This document shows, in pieces, positions 8,831 to 18,626 of a stretch of DNA of 30,971 nt. The DNA lies in assembly GCF_902784195.1 (NCBI RefSeq), contig NZ_CACZTX010000014.1:1-30971 (forward strand). The letters run 5' to 3'. The DNA is from an uncultured Methanobrevibacter sp. (GTDB lineage: Archaea; Methanobacteriota; Methanobacteria; Methanobacteriales; Methanobacteriaceae). Under the pieces are notes generated by a model. The model did no database searches, was not told where the DNA came from, and worked only from the letters and a program-made list of their open reading frames with translations. Within the stretch, counting starts at the first letter, position 1; each line of letters starts with the position of its first letter. The translations under genes were made by a program, and so were the position numbers.

Positions 8831-10366
8831 TTAGATATTTTTCTCAATAGCCAATAATCTATTGATTGAGTTGATGACTGCTACCACACTTGAAATGATA
8901 ACGTCCTCTCTAGTAGCTCTTCCTGTTGCCCTATGGCCATCATTGTCTGAAATCACTACAAAAGTTTCGGCCAATGCATCAGTACCACCGCTTACCGCTT
9001 CAAGTCTGTACTCTTCAAGGTTGATTTCAACAGTTTCATTAACGAGTGATTTGATTGCACCAATAGCCGCATCAACTGGACCCACTCCAATTTGAGAGGT
9101 TTCAATAACCTTTCCTTCGATTGAAAGTCTTACGGTTGCTGTTGCAGATACTGACTCTCCAGTCATTACGCTCATTCCAAGCAATTTGATGTACTCTTTT
9201 CCACTGGTACTCAATTCAGTGATCGCAATGGATTTCAAATCCTCATCTGTAATGCATTTTCCTTTATCCCCAAGTGTCTTTACCTGATTGTAAATGTTTT
9301 CGAATTGCTTAGGACTTACTTCTATATTGAACTCTTCCAATTTGGACTTTATTCCAGCATGGCCGGTATGCTTTCCAAGGGCAATTCTTCTTTTGTGCCC
9401 TACAAGTTCAGGTGGAATCGGTTCATAGGTAGAGCTGTTTTTCAATATTCCATCCACATGGATACCGGATTCATGTGCGAAAGCATTTTCTCCAACAATT
9501 GGTTTTGTAGGAGGCATCTTTATACCTGTAATTGATCCGATGAAATTGGATGTGTCATAAAGTTTGGTTGTGTCTACACCTATGTTTGCACCATAAGCTA
9601 TCTTCAAGCTGACAACAAGTTCCTCTAAAGAGGTGTTTCCAGCTCTCTCACCGATACCGTTTATTGTACAATGGGCCTGGTTTGCCCCTTCTTCAATACC
9701 GATGATTGAATTTGATACAGCAAGTCCAAAGTCATTATGGAAATGAAGACTAATCGGAACATTGATTTTCTTTCTCAAGATTCTTATTAAATCTCTTGTA
9801 GTGGATGGGACTAAAATTCCAACAGTGTCTGGTACATTTATCACATCTGCTCCTGCACCTTCAACGCCTTTGTAGAATTCTATTAGATAGTTAAGTTCTG
9901 TCCTTGTTGCATCTTCAGCTGAAAATTCAACAGTGAGGCCATGATCTTTAGCATATTCAACCGCTTCAATGGATTGATTCAATATTTCCTCTTTTGATTT
10001 TTTCAGCTTATAGTCTCTATGCAGTGGGGAAGTTCCAATAAACAAATGTGCGTATGACAAGTCAGAGTCAATAACTGCATCTATATCCTTTTTCAACACT
10101 CTTGCAAGACCACATAAATTAGACTTGAATCCTAATTCAACCATTCTTTTTGCAGCCTTTCTTTCACCTTCTGATACAGTTGGAAAACCCATTTCAATGG
10201 TGTCCACTCCAAGTTCATCCAGCTTTTGAGCTATCTTTATCTTTTCATCAACTGTTAAAGCGATGCCGGGAGCCTGTTCCCCATCTCTTAAGGTTGTATC
10301 GAAAATTCTGATCTTATCAGGGAGTTTCAATTCTTCCTTTACATCTTCAATGTTTATTGCATTCAT
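8831..10366 (-). CDS. 2-isopropylmalate synthase / (R)-citramalate synthase family with C-terminal allosteric domain
   Basis: 511 aa; IRIFDTTLRDGEQAPGIALT, SLHFHNDFGLAVSNS, NGIGERAGNTSLEE, GENAFAHESGIHVDG and a C-terminal LeuA dimer domain. LeuA versus CimA not resolved by eye. Confidence 0.88.
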   Translation of the reverse strand: MNAINIEDVKEELKLPDKIRIFDTTLRDGEQAPGIALTVDEKIKIAQKLDELGVDTIEMGFPTVSEGERKAAKRMVELGFKSNLCGLARVLKKDIDAVIDSDLSYAHLFIGTSPLHRDYKLKKSKEEILNQSIEAVEYAKDHGLTVEFSAEDATRTELNYLIEFYKGVEGAGADVINVPDTVGILVPSTTRDLIRILRKKINVPISLHFHNDFGLAVSNSIIGIEEGANQAHCTINGIGERAGNTSLEELVVSLKIAYGANIGVDTTKLYDTSNFIGSITGIKMPPTKPIVGENAFAHESGIHVDGILKNSSTYEPIPPELVGHKRRIALGKHTGHAGIKSKLEEFNIEVSPKQFENIYNQVKTLGDKGKCITDEDLKSIAITELSTSGKEYIKLLGMSVMTGESVSATATVRLSIEGKVIETSQIGVGPVDAAIGAIKSLVNETVEINLEEYRLEAVSGGTDALAETFVVISDNDGHRATGRATREDVIISSVVAVINSINRLLAIEKNI

Positions 10367-10476
10367 TTTTCCCTATCCTTTTTGATTTAATAAGTATAAT
10401 CTTAATATAATCTTAATATACTTAATTTTTTATTTTTTAGTATTTATTATTTTTTTATCTATTAATTCAGTGTCTA

Positions 10477-11592
10477 TTAGTAGTTATCCAAAGCTGATTG
10501 ATAATTTCCATCTAGTTTTATATATGGCTCTGCCCTTTTTACCACAACACCTATTCTTTGAAGCTCTTCCAATTTTTTAAATGGCTTGTTTCTTCGGATG
10601 GCCATAATCTTCCTTGCAGATTTTGGGCCTATTCCTGGAACTCTAATCAAATGCTTGTATGATGCATAATTTATTTCTACAGGGAAAATATCCATTTCCC
10701 TTGCGGCTAAAATTTTAGGGTCTTCCCTTAAGGATAATTTGTCGTTCTCATCAAATACAAGTTCTTTCACGTCAAACTTATAATCGTTAATTAATGCATC
10801 TGCATGATACAGTTTAGTGGTTCTATCAGTATTGCATGATTCCTTTTTCTCAAATTCTGTTCCTTCTACAGGTGAAAATGCGCTGAAGTAGCTTCTTCTC
10901 AAGTCCACTTTCTTATATAGGCTCTCCATTCTTTTGAGAATTTCAAGGTCGGTTTCATCATTTGCACCAACAATCAATTGTGTTGTATGGCCGGATTTTG
11001 CAAAACTTGGATTTTTTCTAGCTATTTCATTCATCCAATCAAGTCTTTTCAGGATATCCTTATTGTAATCCTTGGTGCTTGTGATTTCATTAAGGCCGTC
11101 TTTTGTAGCTGCTTCAATATTCAGGCTTACCCTATTAGCCAAGCTCATGGCCCTTTTTATTGAATCCTTTGATGCTCCTGGAATGATTTTTAGATGTATA
11201 TAGTCATCATATCCATAGTCTTTTCTAAGGATTCTTGCAGTCTCTATGGTCTTTTCCATAGTGTTGTCTATAGTATCTCCAATTCCTGAACTTAAAAAAA
11301 GACCATTGACATAACCGTTGTTGTAGTAGTGCAGGAAAGCTCTTGAAAGTTCTTCAGGACTTAATTCAAGACGAGTGAAATTGCGTTTGCTTTGGTTGAT
11401 GCAATATTTGCAGTCGTTTTTGCACTTGTTTGTCATCAATGTTTTAAATAGAGGTATCTTGCATCCATTATGTCCTGTAGCATGGTAAATCCCAGGGAGA
11501 TTGACCTGTGAGCTCTTGCTATGGCTGACATAATCGCAGAGATCATATTGTGCGCTATCTGCCAAAACCTGCATTTTTTCTAATGTGGACAT
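10477..11592 (-). CDS. Radical SAM protein with C-terminal helix-hairpin-helix, putative DNA modification/repair family (TIGR03916-like)
   Basis: MTNKCKNDCKYCINQ CxxxCxxC cluster motif; C-terminal HLIRVPGIGPKSARKIMAIRRNKPFKKLEELQRIGV HhH. Confidence 0.85.
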   Translation of the reverse strand: MSTLEKMQVLADSAQYDLCDYVSHSKSSQVNLPGIYHATGHNGCKIPLFKTLMTNKCKNDCKYCINQSKRNFTRLELSPEELSRAFLHYYNNGYVNGLFLSSGIGDTIDNTMEKTIETARILRKDYGYDDYIHLKIIPGASKDSIKRAMSLANRVSLNIEAATKDGLNEITSTKDYNKDILKRLDWMNEIARKNPSFAKSGHTTQLIVGANDETDLEILKRMESLYKKVDLRRSYFSAFSPVEGTEFEKKESCNTDRTTKLYHADALINDYKFDVKELVFDENDKLSLREDPKILAAREMDIFPVEINYASYKHLIRVPGIGPKSARKIMAIRRNKPFKKLEELQRIGVVVKRAEPYIKLDGNYQSALDNY

Positions 11593-11902
11593 AATTCACC
11601 TCTTTATTTTTTTTAAAATTATTGAATTTTGTTTAAAAAAATTATTCTATTTTATAATTCTTATAAAGATACTTTTTTATAAATCTTCTGATTATTAATA
11701 TCTATAATTATTATCTTTATTTATATTAATAAATTTTAATAAATTTGAAATATTACTTTTTAAATTATTACTATTTTTAATTATTACTTTTTTTAAAAAA
11801 ATCCCTTATTTTTATTATTTTTATCATAAATCAATTAAAATTTAAAATAATTCATTCTAAAGATAAGAAAATTTTATATAAAATATATGCTAATGTAATA
11901 TT

Positions 11903-13387
11903 ATGAAAGTCGTACTAGCTGGAACTGGAAGTGCTGTTGGAAAAACCACTATTTCTACAGGAATCATGAAAGCACTTCAAGATGAAAATGTCCAACCGTT
12001 TAAGGTTGGCCCTGATTTTATTGACCCTTCTTATCATACAATTGCTACAGGCAATGTGTCAAGGAACTTGGATTCATTTTTCATGGATGAGTTTCAAATA
12101 ATCAATTCATTTGAAAGGGCACTTAAGATATCCAAGTCCAATATGGGCATTATTGAAGGTGTAAGAGGTCTATATGAAGGTATCAGTCCTATTAGTGATA
12201 TAGGTAACACTGCCTCCATTGCAAAGGCCTTGGATGCACCTGTAGTGCTTCTTATGGATTCTAGAAGCTTGGTGAAAAGTGCCGCAGCTGTTGTTTTGGG
12301 CTTTAAGGCTCTTGACCCGGATGTACGTATTGAAGGAGTTATCTTGAATAAGGTCAAAGGCCAAAGACATTACCTAAAGGCTAAGGAATCAGTAGAAAAA
12401 TTGGCTAATGTTCCAGTAATAGGCGGTATTCCAAGAAATGAAGAGATAGCAGTTGAAGAAAGGCATCTCGGTTTGGTCCCAGCTCTTGAAAAGGAAAAGA
12501 TCAATAGGAATATTGAACTTTGGGGGCATATTGCAGAGGAATATATAGACTTGGATGCTCTAAAGGATATAATGAAAACATCCAGCAAATCTGCTGTAAA
12601 AGACAATAAGAATAAGGCTATCGAATCCATGGAAGAGGATAATAATTATGGCCATCGTGTAGATTTATCCATACATGAGGATGAATTCAATAGGGAACAT
12701 AATGAGGCAATTAACCTTGAAGTAACCAATGGTTCAAAAACCGGAGAGCTATGGAAAACTGGAAATAAAGCCCCTATAAAAATTGGTGTGGCTATAGATG
12801 AGATATTCACCTTTTACTATAAGGAAACATTGGAATCTCTTGAGGATAATGGCGCTAAGATTGTTCCATTCAGCCCTTATAAGGATGAGGAAATTCCAGA
12901 TGTTGATGCTCTTTACATTGGTGGAGGATATCCTGAAGTCTTCAAGAGGGAATTGTCTGAGAATGAATCCATGCTTAATTCCATCTATAAGTTCCATAAG
13001 GAAGATAGGCCAATATATGGTGAATGCGGTGGATTAATCTATTTATCCCAGTCCATTGATGGCCTAGGAATGGTCAATGCAATTCCTTACAGCGCAGAAA
13101 TGACTCCTAGAGTACAAGGATTGAATTATGTTGTAGCAAGATCAAATAGGGATAATCTCATATCTGAAGAGGGAGATATTTTCCGTGCTCATGAATTTCA
13201 TTACACTAAACTCAACATAGACAGTACAGATGAGCTTGTATTTGATGTGCTCAGAGGCAGAGGAGTGTTAAATAATATGGATGGAGTAAGTGTTGGAAAC
13301 ACTTTAGCTAATTACATTCACATTCATGCTTGTTCATGTCCTAATTTTGCATACAATTTCACTAAAAACATAGCAGAGTTGGACTAA
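11903..13387 (+). CDS. cfbB: Cobyrinate / Ni-sirohydrochlorin a,c-diamide synthase family (CbiA/CfbB)
   Basis: [25 protein letters not shown]...[28 protein letters not shown], and GATase region [29 protein letters not shown]. Confidence 0.85.
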   Translation: MKVVLAGTGSAVGKTTISTGIMKALQDENVQPFKVGPDFIDPSYHTIATGNVSRNLDSFFMDEFQIINSFERALKISKSNMGIIEGVRGLYEGISPISDIGNTASIAKALDAPVVLLMDSRSLVKSAAAVVLGFKALDPDVRIEGVILNKVKGQRHYLKAKESVEKLANVPVIGGIPRNEEIAVEERHLGLVPALEKEKINRNIELWGHIAEEYIDLDALKDIMKTSSKSAVKDNKNKAIESMEEDNNYGHRVDLSIHEDEFNREHNEAINLEVTNGSKTGELWKTGNKAPIKIGVAIDEIFTFYYKETLESLEDNGAKIVPFSPYKDEEIPDVDALYIGGGYPEVFKRELSENESMLNSIYKFHKEDRPIYGECGGLIYLSQSIDGLGMVNAIPYSAEMTPRVQGLNYVVARSNRDNLISEEGDIFRAHEFHYTKLNIDSTDELVFDVLRGRGVLNNMDGVSVGNTLANYIHIHACSCPNFAYNFTKNIAELD

Positions 13388-13827
13388 ATTTATTTTTTCT
13401 TTAAATTTTTTTAATTTTTTTTGATTTCTACCGAATTTAATTTTTCAATTCTTTAAACATTTTATCATATTTTTTAATTTTTCTATTTTTTTATCTCCTC
13501 GGACTTTTTTTAAAATTTATTTTTGTATAATGTATACATTTTTTCCATCATTTTTCCATCATTTTTTTACAATATACAAAATTTTTTATTTTTTGAGAAA
13601 ATTTTTCTCATAAAAAAGTATTACTTCAAGAATCTTAAGGATTTTTTCCAAAAAAATTTTTAAAAATCAAAATCTATTTAAATCTATTATTTTATTCTAA
13701 AACTTGAGTTTTTTTAGTTATTTTATTAAAAAACTATAACGATTATTTATTTTTTTAAAATAATTATTTTAAACTATATTTTCTACCACTTTTTTCAGTG
13801 CTGTTTATAACTTTTTGTAGATACAAC

Positions 13828-15406
13828 GTTAACTCAATGATATTACATGCTATATTTTTGTACATTTATGTATATGAAATCCATCTTTTTTTAAGTTTTT
13901 TCAAAAACCAATAATCCTGGCCAGGATCTTCATATTTTTTTAAAAATAATATGTTAATATCATTTGAGATTTTAAGAATTTTTTGAAAAATTTATTTCAA
14001 ATTTTGTAACTCAATTTTTACACTTGAAACGATACTAGTTATTTTTTCTCAATTTTTTCAAATTTTTAAATCATCTTAAAAAAGTGATAACTCAAATTAT
14101 CTCAGCTAAATCATCTATGTAATATCATTATGACTCCTCAAATTTTTTTTCAATTTTTTTTCAATTTTTTGAGTTACAAATTTGATTTTTTTTATAGATT
14201 TTTAAATTAAGTTTATATGCAATGAGTTAACATATATAATAATGTTAATAATTTTTTATATAATTTAATTATTTTATTCATATAAAAAATTTTTAGAATT
14301 TCAATGATAATATCATTTTTTTCATTACGAAGGTATTTTTATGTTAGAAAAGGAAGTCAAACAATATAAGAGAGGAAACAGTTTCACTTACCGTATCGAC
14401 CTATCAAAAAAAGATAATTTTGAAGGTGGAGAGAAGGTAATGATTCTTAGGTTAAGTGAATATGAATCTTATCTGCAGGAGATTGATGATCTCAAGGCTA
14501 AAATTGATGATAATAAAAATACCATTTCAGATTTGAAGCAATCACGCAGTGAAGCGGATTCTTCCATAAATGAAATTATGGAACAAAGGAATCAGGAAAT
14601 TTCAGAAAAGAATAAGGAAATCATGGACCTGGTTGAAGAAAACAAATCTGCCATTGCAAAATGCTATGAAATTATTGATGAAAAAGATCAGCTTATCAAA
14701 CAGGCTAATGAAGAGATTAGGCTTGAAAGGGCAAAGTCTGATTTAGCTCAGCAAAAGGCTGAAGAAAATCTCCTTGAAGAGAGAAAAAGACATGATGAAC
14801 TTGTCTTGGAAAAAGACAAGGAATTGCATAATGTCAACCAGCAGCTTCAAGATAGCCTTAAGGAAATCGCTTATAAGGATCAATTGTTAACTGCAGATAG
14901 ACTTTTAATTGACAGATATAAAAACAGAAGTTTCATTGATCGTTTATTAAACAGGCAACCTGATGACAGTGACTTGCAAATAGAGAGCAAGCCAAAGGAA
15001 ACCTATGTTTTGGAAGCTGAAAAAACAGATGAATAAGTTTTCATCTTCTATTTTTTATTCTATTTTTACATTTTTCTAATATTTTATTCTAATTTCTCTA
15101 TTTTTTCATTCTAATAATTGTAATGTCATTTTATTTTTGAGGATATGCAATTCATATGCATTTTCAATTCATTGAGTTGTATTTTTCGATTAATTTTTAT
15201 TGTAACTCTTAGACATATATTTCAACTGTATAATGAGTTAACCTGTTATTATCATTTTTTGCCAATTTTAGGGCCAGAAATTCCTTGACGTAAATTTCAA
15301 GTGTAAATTTTTTTAATATTTTTTTAAGATTTTTCAAATGTTATTATCAAAACATAATCATGTTAATTTATTTTCATTATCATTTCAAATCTTTTGTAAT
15401 ATCATT
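13828..15406. repeat. Dispersed short motif family (TGTAATATCATT and TGAGTTAAC) in both intergenic regions flanking the coiled-coil gene
   Basis: TGTAATATCATT exact at 13836-13847 (-), 14118-14129 (+), 15395-15406 (+), one mismatch at 15119-15130. TGAGTTAAC exact at 13828-13836 (-), 14223-14231 (+), 15236-15244 (+). TGAGTTAC at 14171-14178 (+) and 14006-14013 (-). Confidence 0.55.
14341..15036 (+). CDS. Coiled-coil protein with short N-terminal beta-rich segment, function unknown
   Basis: 231 aa; N-terminal GNSFTYRIDLSKKDNFEGGEKVMILRLSEYE then long heptad-like charged helix; GAAGGT SD just upstream. Confidence 0.7.
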   Translation: MLEKEVKQYKRGNSFTYRIDLSKKDNFEGGEKVMILRLSEYESYLQEIDDLKAKIDDNKNTISDLKQSRSEADSSINEIMEQRNQEISEKNKEIMDLVEENKSAIAKCYEIIDEKDQLIKQANEEIRLERAKSDLAQQKAEENLLEERKRHDELVLEKDKELHNVNQQLQDSLKEIAYKDQLLTADRLLIDRYKNRSFIDRLLNRQPDDSDLQIESKPKETYVLEAEKTDE

Positions 15407-15800
15407 TATTTTAAGGATTTTTCTCGATTTTTTTCTCTAAAAAAATGATATTATCATAAAATTTTCTTAAATTTTCTAAAATTTTTCAAGATTTTCATCA
15501 ATTTTTAATGATTTTTTGTATTACTTAAAGATTTTTTATCTATTGGAAAATTTGTTTTATATTTTTCAAATTATTCTTCTTAAAAAATCAGTTTTTCTCA
15601 ATATCATGTAAATTTTTCATCTTCTCAAAATATTTTCCTACATACTTTTTCTCTTTTTCATTGGAAAATTTTTTGCATGTTTTAATATGAAATTCTATGA
15701 TTATTTAAAAAATCCTTAAAACCCTCTTCAAGCCTTTTAAAAAACTTATTATAATAGTTTAAACAAAATCAAAAATAATGCTTTTATAAAAGGGGTTTTT

Positions 15801-16946
15801 ATGAACTATAATTTTAAAAATGGAAACTTTGATCTATTTCATCCGCTGATTGTTGTTGTCATGACAATCCTATTTCTAATCATAGCTATGCCTATGTGGT
15901 ATTTTTATCGTGAATTGCCTACCCCTAATTTGGATTTGTATCTTTATATTGGTTTAGGGCTTTTGTTCTTTATTTTTGGTATTTGTCTATCTAACTGCAT
16001 ATTAAAAAAGAATTTTAAAATCGATACAGTTTTATCCTTTAAAAAAATTTTAAGTGCTGAAAAATTATCTTTATTTGATAATTATTCTAAAAATGAATTG
16101 ATTCTTGTAGGGCTTGTATCATTAGGTATTCTATTGCAGATTATAAACATAGCATTATTAGGAGGCATACCTCTTTTCTCAGCAACATTAAAGGCAAAGG
16201 CAGCAACTAAAATTTGGCTCATATCTTACATAATTTTCTTGCCTTCCATCAATGTCTTGCTTGCAAAATACAATAGAAAATCACATTATCTATTGTTGTT
16301 AATTGGTTTAGTATTGTTTGCTCTTACTGGATACAGAACCACTCCTATTGCAATCATGCTATCTGCACTCATTACCTTGTATTACACAAGGGATGTTGAT
16401 GTGAAATACATAATTTTAGCTATTTTGGCTATTGCAGTTGTGCTTTTGGCTGTGGGATTCATAGCAGTTCAAGCCATCAGCTGGCAACATTGGTCATTGA
16501 ATCCAATTGAATTGGTCTCTTATAGGGCAGCATTTACATTGAATGTGCTTTCCAAGGCAATTGAAAATCAATTCACTACAATGGGAAATCTATTCTACAC
16601 AACATTGACAGGATTCTTTACACATTCAGATGCAAGAGTCCTAGTAGGCCAAGCAACAATCGGCAGAGTTCATTCAATAACCTCTACAATATTCGGTCCT
16701 GCACTACTTGATTTCGGTATTGTGGGAATGCTTATTCAAATGTTTTTAATTGGCCTTATCCTAAAGACCTTACATAGCATACAAAATCATAGTAAAAGCA
16801 TCTTTACAGCATTTTATGGAATTTTACTTGCACAAACAATCATCTGGATAGAAACAGGCCCAACTGATGTTGTGGTTTGGCTATTCTATTTAATTGGCAT
16901 TTTCCTCATCATCCATTTTTTAAGGGGTGCTAATCATGAAATCTAA
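15801..16946 (+). CDS. Polytopic membrane protein, probable oligosaccharide repeat-unit polymerase (Wzy-like)
   Basis: 381 aa with about 10 hydrophobic segments, large soluble loop, LLGGIPLFSATLKAKAATKI and LTGYRTTPIAIMLS typical of O-antigen polymerase-like families. Confidence 0.6.
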   Translation: MNYNFKNGNFDLFHPLIVVVMTILFLIIAMPMWYFYRELPTPNLDLYLYIGLGLLFFIFGICLSNCILKKNFKIDTVLSFKKILSAEKLSLFDNYSKNELILVGLVSLGILLQIINIALLGGIPLFSATLKAKAATKIWLISYIIFLPSINVLLAKYNRKSHYLLLLIGLVLFALTGYRTTPIAIMLSALITLYYTRDVDVKYIILAILAIAVVLLAVGFIAVQAISWQHWSLNPIELVSYRAAFTLNVLSKAIENQFTTMGNLFYTTLTGFFTHSDARVLVGQATIGRVHSITSTIFGPALLDFGIVGMLIQMFLIGLILKTLHSIQNHSKSIFTAFYGILLAQTIIWIETGPTDVVVWLFYLIGIFLIIHFLRGANHEI

Positions 16947-18057
16947 AAATATTGCTATTGCAGGAGAAATCACTCCCTCTAAAACAATCATTCCTATCAT
17001 AGAAAAACTTAAGGAACGTGAAGCAGAAGGCAAATTAAGCTTCAAGATCAATAAGATAATTGGCCTTTATCATGGTGAATCATCAAGAGATTTCCTCGAA
17101 CCTTATTGCAGTGAAACATATTCTATTGGAGAAGGAAGAAGAGGTAAAAAAAATTCTACAGGAAAATTGGCATACCTCATTTCAAAGGATATCTTAAAGT
17201 CATTCAATGCCCTTAAAGGGAAGGATATAGATTTGCTGATTACTGCAGGAAATGCAGGTGATGTCAGAAAAGCCATTGTCGCTGCAAATATTTTGAAAAT
17301 TCCAGTTTTGCATATAGAGCAGGATATTTACAATCCGATAGAAGTAATTTCACAAGCCAACCTTGTAACTGTTCCTTCAAATGCCTATAAGGAATATATG
17401 GAGAACCATTATGGACTGAAAAATGTTGTCAATATCGAGGGTTATCCTATGGCAAAATATGTTGACAACTTTATAAAAGAAGATAATTTAATCGATAAGG
17501 ATGAAATCTACGGAGAATATGGAATGAAGGAATTTGTCCTTGTGGTTCTTGGTGGAGATTTGAAGGATGATGATATTGAACCATTGATACGGTCTGTAGA
17601 AGAGCTTAATCTTAAGGCATTGATTGCACCTTACAGGTTTGATAGGGATATGGTTAAGGAATTGGTTCTATCACCCAACATCAAGATTTTGCCTCAGTAT
17701 GTGGACATGTTAAGCTTTATGAATGCTGCATCCCACCTAATATATGCTGCAGGTATGGGAATGACCATTGAAGCGGGAGTATTCAACATTCCATCATTAA
17801 AGATAGAAGGATTCCATAAAACCCATGGAAGTGTGGATTTGGCAAAGGAACTTAATATACCAATCGTAAAAATAGATGAAATCCCAGAGGCCTTTGAAAA
17901 TCTCCCAGACCAAAAGGAATCTGATCTTGTAAAGAATAGTGAGATGGCTATTGAGAGATTAGCGGATTTGATAAATGATTTTGATGAGAAATCACTAAAA
18001 AGAAGCGGTTTTAAATCCACTAAGCAAATTTGGAACAGCCGTAAAGTATACAGATAA
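16936..18057 (+). CDS. GT-B-fold glycosyltransferase / UDP-GlcNAc 2-epimerase-like protein (called ORF starts at GTG 16927; ATG 16936 preferred)
   Basis: KSKNIAIAGEITPSKTIIPIIEKL...HIEQDIYNPIEVISQANLVTVPS...GGDLKDDDIEPLI...ILPQYVDMLSFMNAASHLIYAAGMGMTIEAGVFNIPSL; AAGGGG SD at 16922-16927; overlaps the stop of the preceding gene. Confidence 0.6.
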   Translation: MKSKNIAIAGEITPSKTIIPIIEKLKEREAEGKLSFKINKIIGLYHGESSRDFLEPYCSETYSIGEGRRGKKNSTGKLAYLISKDILKSFNALKGKDIDLLITAGNAGDVRKAIVAANILKIPVLHIEQDIYNPIEVISQANLVTVPSNAYKEYMENHYGLKNVVNIEGYPMAKYVDNFIKEDNLIDKDEIYGEYGMKEFVLVVLGGDLKDDDIEPLIRSVEELNLKALIAPYRFDRDMVKELVLSPNIKILPQYVDMLSFMNAASHLIYAAGMGMTIEAGVFNIPSLKIEGFHKTHGSVDLAKELNIPIVKIDEIPEAFENLPDQKESDLVKNSEMAIERLADLINDFDEKSLKRSGFKSTKQIWNSRKVYR

Positions 18058-18133
18058 TTTTATTTTTATCTCTAATTTTTAACTTTTTTTGATTGCATTC
18101 TCCTTCATATTTTTTAATTTCAATTTTCTTTTT

Positions 18134-18457
18134 TTAATCAGCATCTTCTTTCATGGTTTCAAGCAAAAAGCTTACAGGACGGAAACCATCATTGCATGAG
18201 ATCATAGCGGATTTCTTGTTCTTCATCCAACCATCGTAAAAGTCTTCTGCACCATTTGCCAAAGCCATTACAAATGGGGATAAGACTTCCCATGCACTAG
18301 GACAGAAGTTTTCTGGCTTTTCCCAACCATTTGCTATGAAGACATCTCCACATTCAACATCGCATTCATGTTCCAATGGATTTTCATACTCTTCAATCAA
18401 GTCATCATGCCTTACTTTTTTCATGACTGTAATCTTAACTTTTTTCAATTGATTCAC
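18134..18457 (-). CDS. TIGR04076-family small protein
   Basis: 107 aa; KVKITVMKKVRHDDL...CDVECGDVFIANGWEKPENFCPSAWEVLSPFVMALANGAEDFYDGWMKNKKSAMISCNDGFRPVSFLLE. Confidence 0.75.
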   Translation of the reverse strand: MNQLKKVKITVMKKVRHDDLIEEYENPLEHECDVECGDVFIANGWEKPENFCPSAWEVLSPFVMALANGAEDFYDGWMKNKKSAMISCNDGFRPVSFLLETMKEDAD

Positions 18458-18626
18458 CTAAAACTTTAGTATTTTTTAATTATTTTTTATTTCTTATCAT
18501 TTAAATATTTTAAAAATTGAAAACCAAAACAATACTTAAATAAATCATCAAAAAATTTTAAATATCATAATCCCTTTAAATTTAAATGGAATACTATTTT
18601 TTTTAATTGGTAGGAAAGGTTTTAGA

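Noticed and set aside
13400-14340. Long T/A runs (for example TTTTTTCAATTTTTT) in the intergenic region as possible tandem repeats
   Set aside because: Homopolymer-rich composition explains most similarity; only the G/C-containing 9-mer and 12-mer matches were retained.
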